Assembly: GCA_038321985.1 (NCBI GenBank)
Contig: JBBQFN010000043.1
Coordinates: 1-42,919, forward strand
DNA from: Cyanophyceae cyanobacterium
GTDB taxonomy: Bacteria > Cyanobacteriota > Cyanobacteriia > Cyanobacteriales > Laspinemataceae
DNA length: 42,919 bases
Direction of reading: 5' to 3'
Each line of letters begins with the position of its first letter. The first letter of the stretch is position 1. The position numbers were made by a program, and so were the translations under genes. The notes under the pieces are model-generated. The model was not told the DNA's origin, did not search any database, and saw only the letters and a program-made list of their open reading frames with translations. Of this stretch, positions 1-10,293 are shown piece by piece.

Positions 1-1
1 T

Positions 2-148
<147 letters not shown>

Positions 149-166
149 TTTGATTGATTGTTGAAT

Positions 167-200
167 AAAAAAAGCGCTCCCAATTGGGGGCGCTTTTTTA
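167..200. terminator. Bidirectional rho-independent terminator between convergent psbA and hpf
   Basis: AAAAAAAGCGCTCCC-AATT-GGGGGCGCTTTTTT hairpin with A and T tracts on both sides. Confidence 0.85.
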
Positions 201-257
201 TTAGGGCTAGACAGAGTTTAGGTCTGACAACCAATTCCAGAACCAATCCAAGGGATA

Positions 258-908
258 TTAAACTTTGGAGGGGTTAGATTTGTTCACGGTAACGGTTGTT
301 TTACCGTTTTTGGTTTGGCTTTGACCATTACCATTGCGGGGGTGAATAACGCCGTAACCGCCGTGGTTGCGTTCGTAAATTACATTAATTTCACCAGTGT
401 CAGCGTTGCGGAACATATAAAAGTCATGATCCACGAGTTGTAACTGTTCTAAGGCTTCCATAACGCTCATTGGAGGCATGGCAAAATATTTGGTTCGCAC
501 CACTTCTCCTGGAAGTTCGGGGGTGCGTTCGCCAATGAGATCTTCGACGAGGGGTTGTTCTTCTTCAAGAAGCGCTTCATTGAGAGTCTCTGGCGCTGAA
601 GTTTTATGGGTGTTACGTTTTTCTTTGTATTTACGCAATTGGCGAGCGATTTTATCAGCGACTAAATCGATGCTTGCGTACAGGGTTTCGCTGCTCTCCT
701 CAGCTCGAATGATTGTACCATTCGCATAAATGGTCACTTCAGCAGTTTGTTTAGAATTGTTTCGGGGATTTCGGGCGACAGACAAATGAACGTCCACTTC
801 CGTTGTTAAGTTTTGAAAGTGACTGACTGCTTTTTCGACTTTTTGGTTGACGTACTCGCGAATGGCCTCGGTTATTTCAATATTTTTGCCGTGGATAACA
901 AGCTTCAT
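258..908 (-). CDS. hpf: Ribosome hibernation promoting factor, long HPF / LrtA
   Basis: [20 protein letters not shown]...[23 protein letters not shown]-terminal [33 protein letters not shown]...[13 protein letters not shown] domain. Confidence 0.96.
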   Translation of the reverse strand: MKLVIHGKNIEITEAIREYVNQKVEKAVSHFQNLTTEVDVHLSVARNPRNNSKQTAEVTIYANGTIIRAEESSETLYASIDLVADKIARQLRKYKEKRNTHKTSAPETLNEALLEEEQPLVEDLIGERTPELPGEVVRTKYFAMPPMSVMEALEQLQLVDHDFYMFRNADTGEINVIYERNHGGYGVIHPRNGNGQSQTKNGKTTVTVNKSNPSKV

Positions 909-1530
909 ATCAATCTTCCCACTGAAGACTCCATCGTATTAATCGTTCAGATTTTAGAGTTTGGAGGGTGGATGAATAAAGCGAAATACGCATCTTCAAA
1001 CTCTATTTCTAGTAATAGACGGAGGGAAAACGGGGCGGGTAATGCCGCTTTCCTAACATTAGTTCTTTTGCCCGTTTTTAGCGTTTCGCTCGCTTAAGAA
1101 CGGAGCCAAAACTTATCAAGGTTAATGACGCTTGAAAGGTTAGAATTACTCTGCCCTGAGTTGCTCCGAGATTTTGGCAGATCCTTCTAGCATCGCGGTT
1201 GAGAAATGGGCAGGACGATCGCCCTGGGTAGGGGAGTTACCTCTAAGTATGGATCACTTGTCATCAACTGCGATGGCACGAGATTGGGAGTCTGATGTGC
1301 TGCTCGGTCAGCACTTTTTCAGATTAGAAGATGATTATAGCAATCAAGACCCGAGAGGGTAAGTCTAGGAGACTTGAAGGGGAGAGTGGCAACAATCCTA
1401 TCCCCGGGGACGAGGCTACTTACGGTTCTAAATCAGTTAACTACAAGGTGCTTATAGTTTTTTGATTGATCGCTTTTGGGAAACCCCTCCTGTGCTGTAA
1501 TTCAACTCCTTACCTTTCACACTACCACCT

Positions 1531-1546
1531 TGTATTCAGAATTACA
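1531..1546. promoter_or_regulatory. Putative NtcA-binding site in the hpf/lipB divergent intergenic region
   Basis: TGTA-TTCAGAAT-TACA matches the GTA-N8-TAC consensus. No clean -10 box at the canonical activator spacing. Confidence 0.4.
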
Positions 1547-1684
1547 CCGAATTTTGTCATCTCTTTAAAATTCGTTGCAATACGTTACGCAATGACAATC
1601 CAGCTACCCTGGGCTATAGTAGTTGTCCAGATTCAAAAACGGATATTTGATAAAATTTCTGCCAAAAACCCCTTGCTTTTTTGG

Positions 1685-2401
1685 ATGATATATAGTAGAA
1701 GTCTAGCCAATTTTTGTCGAACAAGTTCCCCTCAGCGGCAATGTGGGTTCTACAATCTCGATCGTCTCCCGTATGGGGAAGCCTGGAGGTGGCAGCAGTC
1801 GCTGGTAAATGCCCGACGAGAAAATCCAGAGTTAGAGGATGTTTTAATTTTGGTGGAACACCCGCCGGTTTATACCTTGGGAAAAGGGGCGAGCCTAGAA
1901 TTTCTCAAGTTTGACCCCACTAGCAGCGATGTGGAACTGTACCGGGTAGAGCGTGGGGGTGAGGTTACTTATCATTGTCCCGGTCAAATTGTGGGTTACC
2001 CAATTTTGAATTTGCGGTATTACCAGACGGATTTACACTGGTATTTGCGGCAGCTTGAAGCGGTTATTATTAAGGTGCTGGCCGAATATGGCTTAAAGGG
2101 CGATCGCCTTGCGGGGTTCACTGGCGTTTGGCTAGAGGGGCGAAAAATTGCAGCGATCGGGATTAAAGTCAGCCGATGGATTACGATGCACGGTTTTGCT
2201 CTCAATGTTTGCCCAGATTTGAAAGGATTTGAGCAGATCGTACCTTGTGGCATTGTCAACAAACCTGTCGGGAGCTTGGCTGAATTTGTAGAGGGGATTA
2301 ACCCGCAAAGAGTTCGTCAGCAACTGGCTACAGCGTTTGCCGATACCTTTGCCGTTGAATTGGGTGAGTTAAAATTACCGACACAGGGTAAGCAGATTTA
2401 A
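1685..2401 (+). CDS. lipB: Lipoyl(octanoyl) transferase
   Basis: [44 protein letters not shown] and FEQIVPCGI motifs. ATG 1685 chosen over TTG 1466; start uncertain. Confidence 0.95.
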   Translation: MIYSRSLANFCRTSSPQRQCGFYNLDRLPYGEAWRWQQSLVNARRENPELEDVLILVEHPPVYTLGKGASLEFLKFDPTSSDVELYRVERGGEVTYHCPGQIVGYPILNLRYYQTDLHWYLRQLEAVIIKVLAEYGLKGDRLAGFTGVWLEGRKIAAIGIKVSRWITMHGFALNVCPDLKGFEQIVPCGIVNKPVGSLAEFVEGINPQRVRQQLATAFADTFAVELGELKLPTQGKQI

Positions 2402-2756
2402 GAGCGATCCACACAGAATGAATGCGATCGCTTGGGTTGGGGTGCATCAACACAGAAAACTCAGAGGGGATAAGGGCTTACGGGATTTATCTCGTCCGCC
2501 CGGGGGGGCTTGATCGCCAATGCTCGGTTAGCGGGTAAGCGATCGCCGGTAGCCCCGTGACGGCTTAATGCAGTTTGAAGATTAAGAAAAAATGAAGAAT
2601 GCAAGATTGGATCAACGGTGCATTACCTCGTTGATCGAATCGCCATTTTGATTGCCGTAACCCTCTGTTGAAAAAATCTCTGCCAGCAGCTTGATTGCAC
2701 ATCCGCGCACCCGATTTGAGGTTAAGCGCGGGAATTTTAAAATCCCTTCCCCAATT

Positions 2757-3116
2757 ATGAGTTCATCTACCAACTCCAGGGATCCCTTCCTCACCCAACT
2801 AATTGAATTTAGTAAAAAGGCAGCAGTCTCGAAACCCTCAAGAAGAGGGCGGCATTTTTTAGGGAGCAAAATTGAGCCACTATCAGACCTAGAGCTCGCC
2901 AGCTCCGATTTTACCGTCCATTCCTTCGATTTCTCCACCGGGACAGCCGAACCCTTGTCGGCCTTGAAAGAACGAGATACTCAAGCCTTAGTCGAACTGT
3001 TCGAGGATGAACAGATCGAAGCAATCCAAGCAGATGTTCTTCTTTGTTTGAGCTTCCTCTCTCCAGCACCCTGTTGGGATGAGCAAGCCTTTGAGTTTTT
3101 AAAAGACTTCCTTTAA
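2757..3116 (+). CDS. Hypothetical protein
   Basis: ORF from ATG 2757 (MSSSTNSRDPF...) with an acidic C-terminus (LSPAPCWDEQAFEFL); no recognised domain. Confidence 0.5.
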   Translation: MSSSTNSRDPFLTQLIEFSKKAAVSKPSRRGRHFLGSKIEPLSDLELASSDFTVHSFDFSTGTAEPLSALKERDTQALVELFEDEQIEAIQADVLLCLSFLSPAPCWDEQAFEFLKDFL

Positions 3117-3613
3117 CCCCCGGAATTTTGGCGTTATAATAGCAAGATAAAGCATTAAATCAACCCCAAATCCGATTAGCAACAGGAGCGATCGCCAAGC
3201 CATTTTCTGCACCCCCAGCAATAGGGATTCACCTTAGGGAATCAAGCCATCCGCTACATTCCCCAAAACCCAAAGGGATTTTATTTTTTGAACACTGTCC
3301 CCACTCCGAAGAGCAGATTAAATGTAAAAGGCCGAAGGCCAATTGACCCAGCCAAGAGGAAAATTGGGTAGCACTTGCTCAACTTCAGGACTACAATAAC
3401 AAACAAGCCGAGGGGAGTCTGAATCATTAGACCTTACAGGGATAGCCACTTTACCCTCACTGGGCTTCCCACAAATGGAACAACGAAGGAGCAATCTTAG
3501 AATCCCTGATCAAACCTTTATCGGAAAAATTACTCCCTTCTCTATTTCCATCCCCCTTCCCCCACTTCTGTGACCCCCGTTACCCCACCTTTGTTTATCC
3601 CAATTATTTTGAT

Positions 3614-4795
3614 ATGCCTTCAATAGCCCGAAAAAACCTATTTGAAGATCTCCCCCGCTTTCTCGTCGCCCAAGCGGGCATCATGTTTGCGGTTAGTTTG
3701 ATCACCATCCAAACCGGAATCTTCAAAGGGGTGATGCGCTCAACCGCCTTGCTGGTGGACTATTCTCCCGCCGATATTTGGGTCAGTTCTCAGGATATGG
3801 AAACCTTAGAAATGACCCTCCATATGCCCTATAAGCGACTGAGCGAGGCTCAAGAAGTGGAAGGGGTCGCACGGGCAGAAGCCCTGATTGTCCAGGGGAC
3901 CCTGTGGCGAGATTCCTCCGGGCATATCAACCATGTCCGGGTGTTTGGATTCGACCCGGATGCGGAATTATTCGTCCCGGGGCAGATTGTCAGAGGCAGC
4001 TTAAGTGAACTCAAAAAACCCTACACCATGTTCGTAGACGAAGCGAGCTTTGATACCCTCAAGGTCTCATGGCTTGGGGACAAAGTGGAAGTAGGGGCAT
4101 TTTCCGCCACCGTAGTAGGATTCACTCACGACACCCAATCGATCGTCTCGAGTCCCTATATCTTCTCTTCCCTAGACAATGCCAACGCCTTCACGACGAC
4201 TCGTCCCAGCGAAGAAGCGGCTTCCGAGTCACAGCAGGCTCCAGAGCCGTTACTCGAAGATGACCCGATCACCTACATTTTGATCCAGGCTGAACCGGGA
4301 CAGAATTTGCAGGAACTCAAAGAGAGGCTGCAAGAAGCCTTGCCCTATAGCCGCGCTCATACTCGGGAAGAAATGGCTCAACTCAACCGATTGTACTGGC
4401 AAGAACGCACAGGAATTGGCTTTGTGCTGAGTTTGGGGGCCGGGGTGGGAGTTATGGTGGGCATGGTGGTTGTTGGACAGATTCTGTACGCTTCCGTCTC
4501 GGATCACATCAAAGAATTTGGAACGTTGAAGGCGATGGGGGCATCCCAGGGGGTGATTTATGGGGTGATTATCGAGCAGGCGCTATGGATGGCCTTGTTA
4601 GGATACCTTCCCGGAATGCTCCTGTGCTGGGGGATCCAATCTTGGGCATTGGCGGCCCAGGGACTGACGATCCTGATTTCCCCGGGAACTGCTGCTGGGG
4701 TATTTGGGATTACTGTATTGATGTGTGTGTCTTCCGCCATTTTTGCGATTCAGAAAATCAACCGGGTCGATCCAGCCATCGTCTTTAAAGCTTAG
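3614..4795 (+). CDS. ABC transporter permease, FtsX/MacB-like (DevC family)
   Basis: IARKNLFEDLPRFLVAQAGIMFAVSL; C-terminal GQILYASVSDHIKEFGTLKAMGA and TM segments ending VDPAIVFKA. Confidence 0.92.
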   Translation: MPSIARKNLFEDLPRFLVAQAGIMFAVSLITIQTGIFKGVMRSTALLVDYSPADIWVSSQDMETLEMTLHMPYKRLSEAQEVEGVARAEALIVQGTLWRDSSGHINHVRVFGFDPDAELFVPGQIVRGSLSELKKPYTMFVDEASFDTLKVSWLGDKVEVGAFSATVVGFTHDTQSIVSSPYIFSSLDNANAFTTTRPSEEAASESQQAPEPLLEDDPITYILIQAEPGQNLQELKERLQEALPYSRAHTREEMAQLNRLYWQERTGIGFVLSLGAGVGVMVGMVVVGQILYASVSDHIKEFGTLKAMGASQGVIYGVIIEQALWMALLGYLPGMLLCWGIQSWALAAQGLTILISPGTAAGVFGITVLMCVSSAIFAIQKINRVDPAIVFKA

Positions 4796-4992
4796 GTTGC
4801 AATTAGCCAGACTATTGGGCATAATTACTCAGACCCATCGGGGGATGACGATTTTAAAAGTGGCACACAAAATGGGAATAGAGTCACGGACGACTGCCAA
4901 AATGTGATCGGGCATCCTCTTAACTTCTAAAGCCTTATTGTTTTGCTCTCACAGCATACCGTTTATAGCACACTCACTAAACATTGAGACGA

Positions 4993-5769
4993 ATGACTGC
5001 TTCTTCACTAAACTTTAATGAATCTATGGTAAATCTATCCACTCAGGTTGTTTCACCGTCTTATTCCTTAGCGGCACCGACAACAGGGGGTGCAATTAAA
5101 GCTAGAGGAGTCAAGATGGTCTTCGACTCAGGTTCTGAGGAATTTCACGCTCTCAAAGGGATTGATTTGGAAGTCCGTGCCGGCGATATCCAACTTTTGA
5201 TGGGACCCTCGGGTTCGGGAAAAACGACCTTGCTCTCAATTTTAGCGGGGATGCTAACTCCAACATCGGGAACCGTAAAATTGCTCGGCGAGGAAATTAC
5301 CTGGATGTCACGGGCTGAATTGTCCCGGTTTCGCCGGGATAATATTGGCTTTATTTTTCAAGGCTTTAATTTATTTCCCGCACTCACGGCGACAGAAAAT
5401 GTGGAAGTGGCGCTGAATTTAAAAGGAATTCGGGGACGCCAAGCTCACCTGGAAGCACAGCATCTGCTGGAACAAGTGGGTTTGGGAGAGAAAATTAAGC
5501 AATTGCCCCGGGATTTATCTGGGGGACAAAAGCAACGGGTGGCGATCGCCCGCGCGTTGGCGGGTCATCCTCAGTTGATTATGGCAGATGAACCGACGGC
5601 TGCCTTAGATTCCCATAGTGGTCATGCTGTTATCGAGTTGCTTCGCAAATTAGCCAAAGAAGAAGGGAGCACGGTATTAATGGTGACTCACGATCCACGG
5701 ATTCTAGATGTGGCCGATCGCATTCTCTATCTCGAAGATGGGGAGTTACAAAAGCACACTTCTATCTAA
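4993..5769 (+). CDS. ABC transporter ATP-binding protein (DevA/LolD-like)
   Basis: Walker A GPSGSGKTT, signature LSGGQKQRVAIARAL, Walker B IMADEPT, H-loop VTHD. Start uncertain. Confidence 0.95.
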   Translation: MTASSLNFNESMVNLSTQVVSPSYSLAAPTTGGAIKARGVKMVFDSGSEEFHALKGIDLEVRAGDIQLLMGPSGSGKTTLLSILAGMLTPTSGTVKLLGEEITWMSRAELSRFRRDNIGFIFQGFNLFPALTATENVEVALNLKGIRGRQAHLEAQHLLEQVGLGEKIKQLPRDLSGGQKQRVAIARALAGHPQLIMADEPTAALDSHSGHAVIELLRKLAKEEGSTVLMVTHDPRILDVADRILYLEDGELQKHTSI

Positions 5770-5977
5770 CATAAGGTTGTATATAGCCAGCCCAACTTTT
5801 ATCCGGAGGGGCAGTACCTGCATTGCCCTTCCCCTCTGAAGCTATCGGGCTTTTATGAAGTATCGGATTCCTTTAGACTTGCTATAAAAAATCGCCTCTG
5901 AAAAAGCTGTGGTAAGATTTATCCCGGGAGAGGGGGATTGATACTTACCGCAGCGTTTGGCTAATTTTAGCCAAAAT

Positions 5978-7513
5978 TTACTGAACTCTTGAGAAATTAT
6001 GAATCAGCCAGTAGATTAAAACACCTAGCCCGACTGCCCAAACTGGAATCAAGGCCAATAGCGCTTCTTGAGATAACCATTGATTCCAGAAATTACCCTG
6101 AATGCTATCTTCCGCAACCGTGGGTTTGGAACCGACTTGAATCTCGGTTGCGGTTCCTGAAAATCCGACTTGAATGCCTGGGGAAGTATTTTCGGCGGTT
6201 GTATAAGGAACCAGGGCAATTGAGTCAAGTTTTTGAATGTTTAAATCCCCTAGAGTTTTTCCCCTTACAAAATCATTTTGTGATACTTGTAGCGATCTCC
6301 TTGCCATGCGAATCTGACCGGTGATCGCAGTAGACTGATATACTATTTTATCTGTTGCGGTTTGTGCGGGTTGGGTTCGGTAAAATCGCACATTTTCAAC
6401 ATTGAGATCACCCGCAACCCATTGATCCGACGGTTGCGGTTCCGGAATGACTGCCGAGATCGCCGCCCGCTCTTCTAAAGTTAAGGTTAGCGCTTTCTCG
6501 TCGGGAATCCAAGTAAATTCTAGGGGATTGTCTGGGTTGGGGCGATTGGTCCCGAACTGAAGTTCTGTAATTTGATATCCGCGCAATCTGACACGTAGGG
6601 GCTGATTTCCTAGTTCGAGTTCTAACACATTGGGACGAATCGCCGGTTGTAAGACGACTTGGAGGCGATCGCGATCGTAACTCAACTGTTCAACTAAGGT
6701 ATGTTGTCGCAACCACAACCGTTTGAGGGTCAGTTCACTGGGGCGATCGGCTTCAACTGGCGTAATTTCCCATTCACTCTGTGGGGTTGGCAACTTAACT
6801 GTCAGGGTTGGTAATCGATTGACTCGTGGATCGCGGGCACTCTCAAACCGTCCAGTTAGGGTAAAACTTTGTTCTCCTGCGATCGCTATTTGACGCAACC
6901 CCGTGATCCCTTCAAATAAAACGCGACTTTGGGGTGCATCTCCATATCTAAAGCTGAATTCTTCTACCCGAAGACGACCCTCAAATGGATGGGGAAAGGG
7001 GACCCATGTTACCAAGGGAAAGACTGCCATGCATAGGGTAATCAACGCGATCGCCCGATAGAAATCTTGGGACACTCTCCGGTGTTGATTGCGGGGCAGA
7101 TCCTCGGGGGGAATGGACTGCAACCGGGGTTTAGAAATGTCAGACGTGACAATAGGATTTCGGAATTGTGGAACAGTTCGGGTCAAAGTGGGCAAATGGG
7201 AAATATACCAGAGTATCAATTTAATAAACTGGCTGAACAACCAGAAGCCTTGAAAGGCGAATTCCCAGACCCCGCGCACTACCCATTTTAGGGGGGATAG
7301 TAGAATGATGAAATTTCCCTGGAAAATCGCTTCTTTGAGTTGAAAGAGCGATCGTTGTACCCAGATCCGGAATTCTGAAAAGGCCCAGATCAACAATTCA
7401 ATGAGTTTAATCAGCAGCCAAAAGAGGTTAACCAACAGGCTCCAAACTCTCTTCAGAACCCACCGAAAAAACCCTTGTACCCCCTTAAAAATCGGTCGAA
7501 CGGTTGGTTTCAC
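5978..7513 (-). CDS. Hypothetical membrane protein with large beta-rich soluble domain
   Basis: 511-aa ORF: W/F-rich amphipathic N-terminus, one internal TM (AIALITLCMAVFPLV) and a C-terminal TM (LLALIPVWAVGLGVLIYWL). Confidence 0.75.
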   Translation of the reverse strand: MKPTVRPIFKGVQGFFRWVLKRVWSLLVNLFWLLIKLIELLIWAFSEFRIWVQRSLFQLKEAIFQGNFIILLSPLKWVVRGVWEFAFQGFWLFSQFIKLILWYISHLPTLTRTVPQFRNPIVTSDISKPRLQSIPPEDLPRNQHRRVSQDFYRAIALITLCMAVFPLVTWVPFPHPFEGRLRVEEFSFRYGDAPQSRVLFEGITGLRQIAIAGEQSFTLTGRFESARDPRVNRLPTLTVKLPTPQSEWEITPVEADRPSELTLKRLWLRQHTLVEQLSYDRDRLQVVLQPAIRPNVLELELGNQPLRVRLRGYQITELQFGTNRPNPDNPLEFTWIPDEKALTLTLEERAAISAVIPEPQPSDQWVAGDLNVENVRFYRTQPAQTATDKIVYQSTAITGQIRMARRSLQVSQNDFVRGKTLGDLNIQKLDSIALVPYTTAENTSPGIQVGFSGTATEIQVGSKPTVAEDSIQGNFWNQWLSQEALLALIPVWAVGLGVLIYWLIHNFSRVQ

Positions 7514-8268
7514 AGATGCTTCAAGAGTTTGATTGATTTAAGACAAGAGCATCATAGCATTTTAGGTTTTTAAGCGTGGGGTCAGCCCATCGCCTGGGGT
7601 TGGTCCCAGACGAACAGGACTACAGATGAACCCCATGGTGCCACTGGATTCTTTAGGGCTTTCCACTAAAAGCCGAAGGAATCCATGCACCCAAACCTCA
7701 ATCCAGAAATGCTAGTCGGCTTGAGAGATTTCGGCCTTTGAGTCTGTTAGCCCAAAATTTGGGCCACAACTGGGGGCAACTGACCTTCCCCGGTTCTGTA
7801 GCGACAAGTTAGAGACCACCCTAAGTGCCTCAGACAGAGTGCCTAGGGGTTGAGTATCCATTTTGTAACCCTTGGTTTAGGGAAATATATGCCACTAGAT
7901 AGAGGTTATTTTGTGAATTTTACTCACGTTCTTCTCCCTTAGTGATATTAATAAATTTTTCTTCTGATTACCCAGTATTTTGGATGAATTATATCATTTT
8001 AATTTATGGCAGTCTGTGTAGGTTTTTAGGAGAAAACTGGGTAAACTCCTGTATAGAGAGATTCTCACTCGGCCACCTCTCTAGAAAGGTCTTTAATCTA
8101 AAAGACCGCAGGTGTTGATCAGCGGATTTAGGAGTAGGAGGCCGCCGGGAGAAATCCCGGTTTCTAGGGTGGAGACTGAGGCTCAAAACAAGAGGCTCTT
8201 ACTCCAAAAATCAATGGGCGATCGCCCAGGGCTGGGTTAATCTCTACCTATTTAGGTATTATGGCGGA

Positions 8269-8297
8269 TTGACAAACTTGTATTATTTTTGTAGCAT
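8269..8297 (+). promoter_or_regulatory. Putative sigma70-type promoter in the long region upstream of sigB
   Basis: TTGACA (8269-8274), 17 bp spacer, TAGCAT (8292-8297). Confidence 0.45.
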
Positions 8298-9136
8298 ACT
8301 TCTAAAGGCTGGGTGATCGGGAAGGAACATCACGCGGTAGAGAGAATTTAGAGAGGCTGCTGGAGTGAACCCCACACCTTCCAACCCAGTCAGAAAAGAA
8401 AAGGGGACTCAAGAGTCACAGCGGTATGGATGGGTGAAAAAGCTGGGCATAAAGTTTTTCTAAAATTTATACCCGGGCCTACTCCCTCAGCAGGATTCAG
8501 GTCAAGAAAGGTAGGTGGTAAACTCAGGCTACTAAGTAGCAAGCTCTCTCATTCAGTGGGGGAAACCCCCTGTTTCCTGGGTACAAAAGTACGGAGATTG
8601 CCCTGTTCAATACGCTGTCAAAGGCGAGTGAAATAGTGCACGATTTCTAATATAGAGGAAAAGATGGTGGAAGTAGATTGGCACGATAGACCTAAAACTA
8701 GAAACGCGATCCTAGGGAATTTAGCGCTTAAAGGCTCTTCCTTAGTTTCTAAGTTGAAATCTCCAATCCGTCTTCTTTCTCATTCCTTACAAGGGAACGC
8801 TCAGACCCTCGTTCACCAGGGGACCGGGAATAGGAAGGAAAATTTAAGGTGACTCAAGACTGACTCTAATCTCAATAACCCTTTACTCAATTGTAGATCT
8901 GACCTAAGATAGAAGAAGTCAAAATCATAACGACTTTGAGTTGACTGGATATCACCCAGGGTCTGCGGAGGAGGATAAACCCCCTCAAACAGGCATCCGT
9001 AATGCGCTTACCCCCATCACGAGGAGGGTGTAACCCAGTCAGTGAGATCAAACCGCGAAATGCTACCCGTTGAGTGGGGCGAGTGCTTGCTACGCATAAA
9101 CGCATAAGAATGTATTTCGTTTGGAGAACTGCAAAA

Positions 9137-10141
9137 ATGCCCACAATTAAATCTCGGCCAACCACTGTTAAGCAAACTTATATGGGCGCACGCCAAAGCG
9201 ATTCTACCGACACCATTCGTTCGTATTTACATGAAATTGGTCGCGTGCCATTGCTAACCCACGAGCAAGAAATTGTCTTTGGGAAGCAAGTACAGCAAAT
9301 GATGGCGTTTTTAGAAGCGAAAGAAGCGCTTGAGAAGAAACTGAAGCATGAACCGACAGAGGAAGAATGGGCCGAGGAGGTTGGACAAAGCGCTAGTGAG
9401 CTGAAGAAGCTGGTTAAGGTGGGTCGGCGAGCCAAACAAAAGATGATTGAAGCAAACCTGCGCTTAGTCGTAGCGATCGCCAAAAAATACCAAAAACGTA
9501 ACCTAGAATTCTTGGACTTGATCCAAGAAGGAACTCTGGGATTAGAGCGGGGTGTAGAGAAATTCGACCCTATGCGGGGATATAAATTCTCGACTTACGC
9601 CTACTGGTGGATTCGTCAAGCAATTACGCGGGCGATCGCCCAGCAAGCGCGGACGATCCGCCTGCCGATTCATATCACCGAAAAACTCAACAAAATCAAG
9701 AAAGTGCAACGGGAACTTACCCAAAACTTAGGCCGGAGTCCTTCTCCTGCCGAGATTGGCGAAGCACTAGAATTAGAACCGGCACAGATCCGGGAATATC
9801 TGTTAATGGCCCGTCAGCCGGTTTCCCTGGATTTGCGAGTCGGAGACAATCAAGACACCGAATTGCAAGACCTCTTAGAGGATGCAGATGCTTCTCCTGA
9901 AAATTACATCACTCAAGAATTACTGCGGGAAGACTTAGAAACCCTCTTGGCAGAATTGACAACCCAGCAACGGGATGTAATTATTTTGCGATTTGGGTTG
10001 AAAGATGGGCGAGAATTGTCTTTAGCCAAAGTCGGCGAAAAGCTGAATTTGAGTCGGGAACGGGTCCGTCAGCTAGAACATCAGGCTCTCGCGCACCTAC
10101 GGCGCAGACGAGCCAATGTCCAAGAATATTTAGCGAGTTAA
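9137..10141 (+). CDS. sigB: Group 2 RNA polymerase sigma factor, SigB-like
   Basis: [81 protein letters not shown]; the C-terminus [13 protein letters not shown] resembles cyanobacterial SigB. ATG 9137 chosen. Confidence 0.88.
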   Translation: MPTIKSRPTTVKQTYMGARQSDSTDTIRSYLHEIGRVPLLTHEQEIVFGKQVQQMMAFLEAKEALEKKLKHEPTEEEWAEEVGQSASELKKLVKVGRRAKQKMIEANLRLVVAIAKKYQKRNLEFLDLIQEGTLGLERGVEKFDPMRGYKFSTYAYWWIRQAITRAIAQQARTIRLPIHITEKLNKIKKVQRELTQNLGRSPSPAEIGEALELEPAQIREYLLMARQPVSLDLRVGDNQDTELQDLLEDADASPENYITQELLREDLETLLAELTTQQRDVIILRFGLKDGRELSLAKVGEKLNLSRERVRQLEHQALAHLRRRRANVQEYLAS

Positions 10142-10189
10142 CCGATGGCTAATAGCAGCAGGCTATTGGCATTGAAAATGGCGTTGAAG

Positions 10190-10231
10190 ATACGGGAGGG
10201 GATCGATTAAAGGTCCCCTCCCGTATTTTTT
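10190..10231 (+). terminator. Rho-independent terminator after sigB
   Basis: ATACGGGAGGGGA...TCCCCTCCCGTAT 13-bp stem followed by a T run. Confidence 0.85.
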
Positions 10232-10293
10232 AGGGCATATAGGCCGGATCTAGCCTGGGACATAGTTTTAATCGGCCAACGCACTCCCGAGCT

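Noticed and set aside
1466..1684. N-terminal extension of lipB from TTG 1466
   Set aside because: No LipB-like sequence, and it overlaps probable regulatory DNA; likely an ORF-caller overextension.
3311..3380. Possible multi-stem RNA (GAGCA...TGCTC enclosing two small hairpins) upstream of the ABC permease
   Set aside because: Stems are only 4-5 bp and match no riboswitch consensus I recognise.
7820..7850. CIRCE-like element upstream of sigB (also GAGTGCT near 9081)
   Set aside because: Only partial half-sites; no TTAGCACTC-N9-GAGTGCTAA arrangement.
8004..9165. Short ORFs in the sigB upstream gap (8004-8186, 8430-8636, 8664-8852, 8887-9165)
   Set aside because: No motifs and unremarkable composition; treated as spurious.
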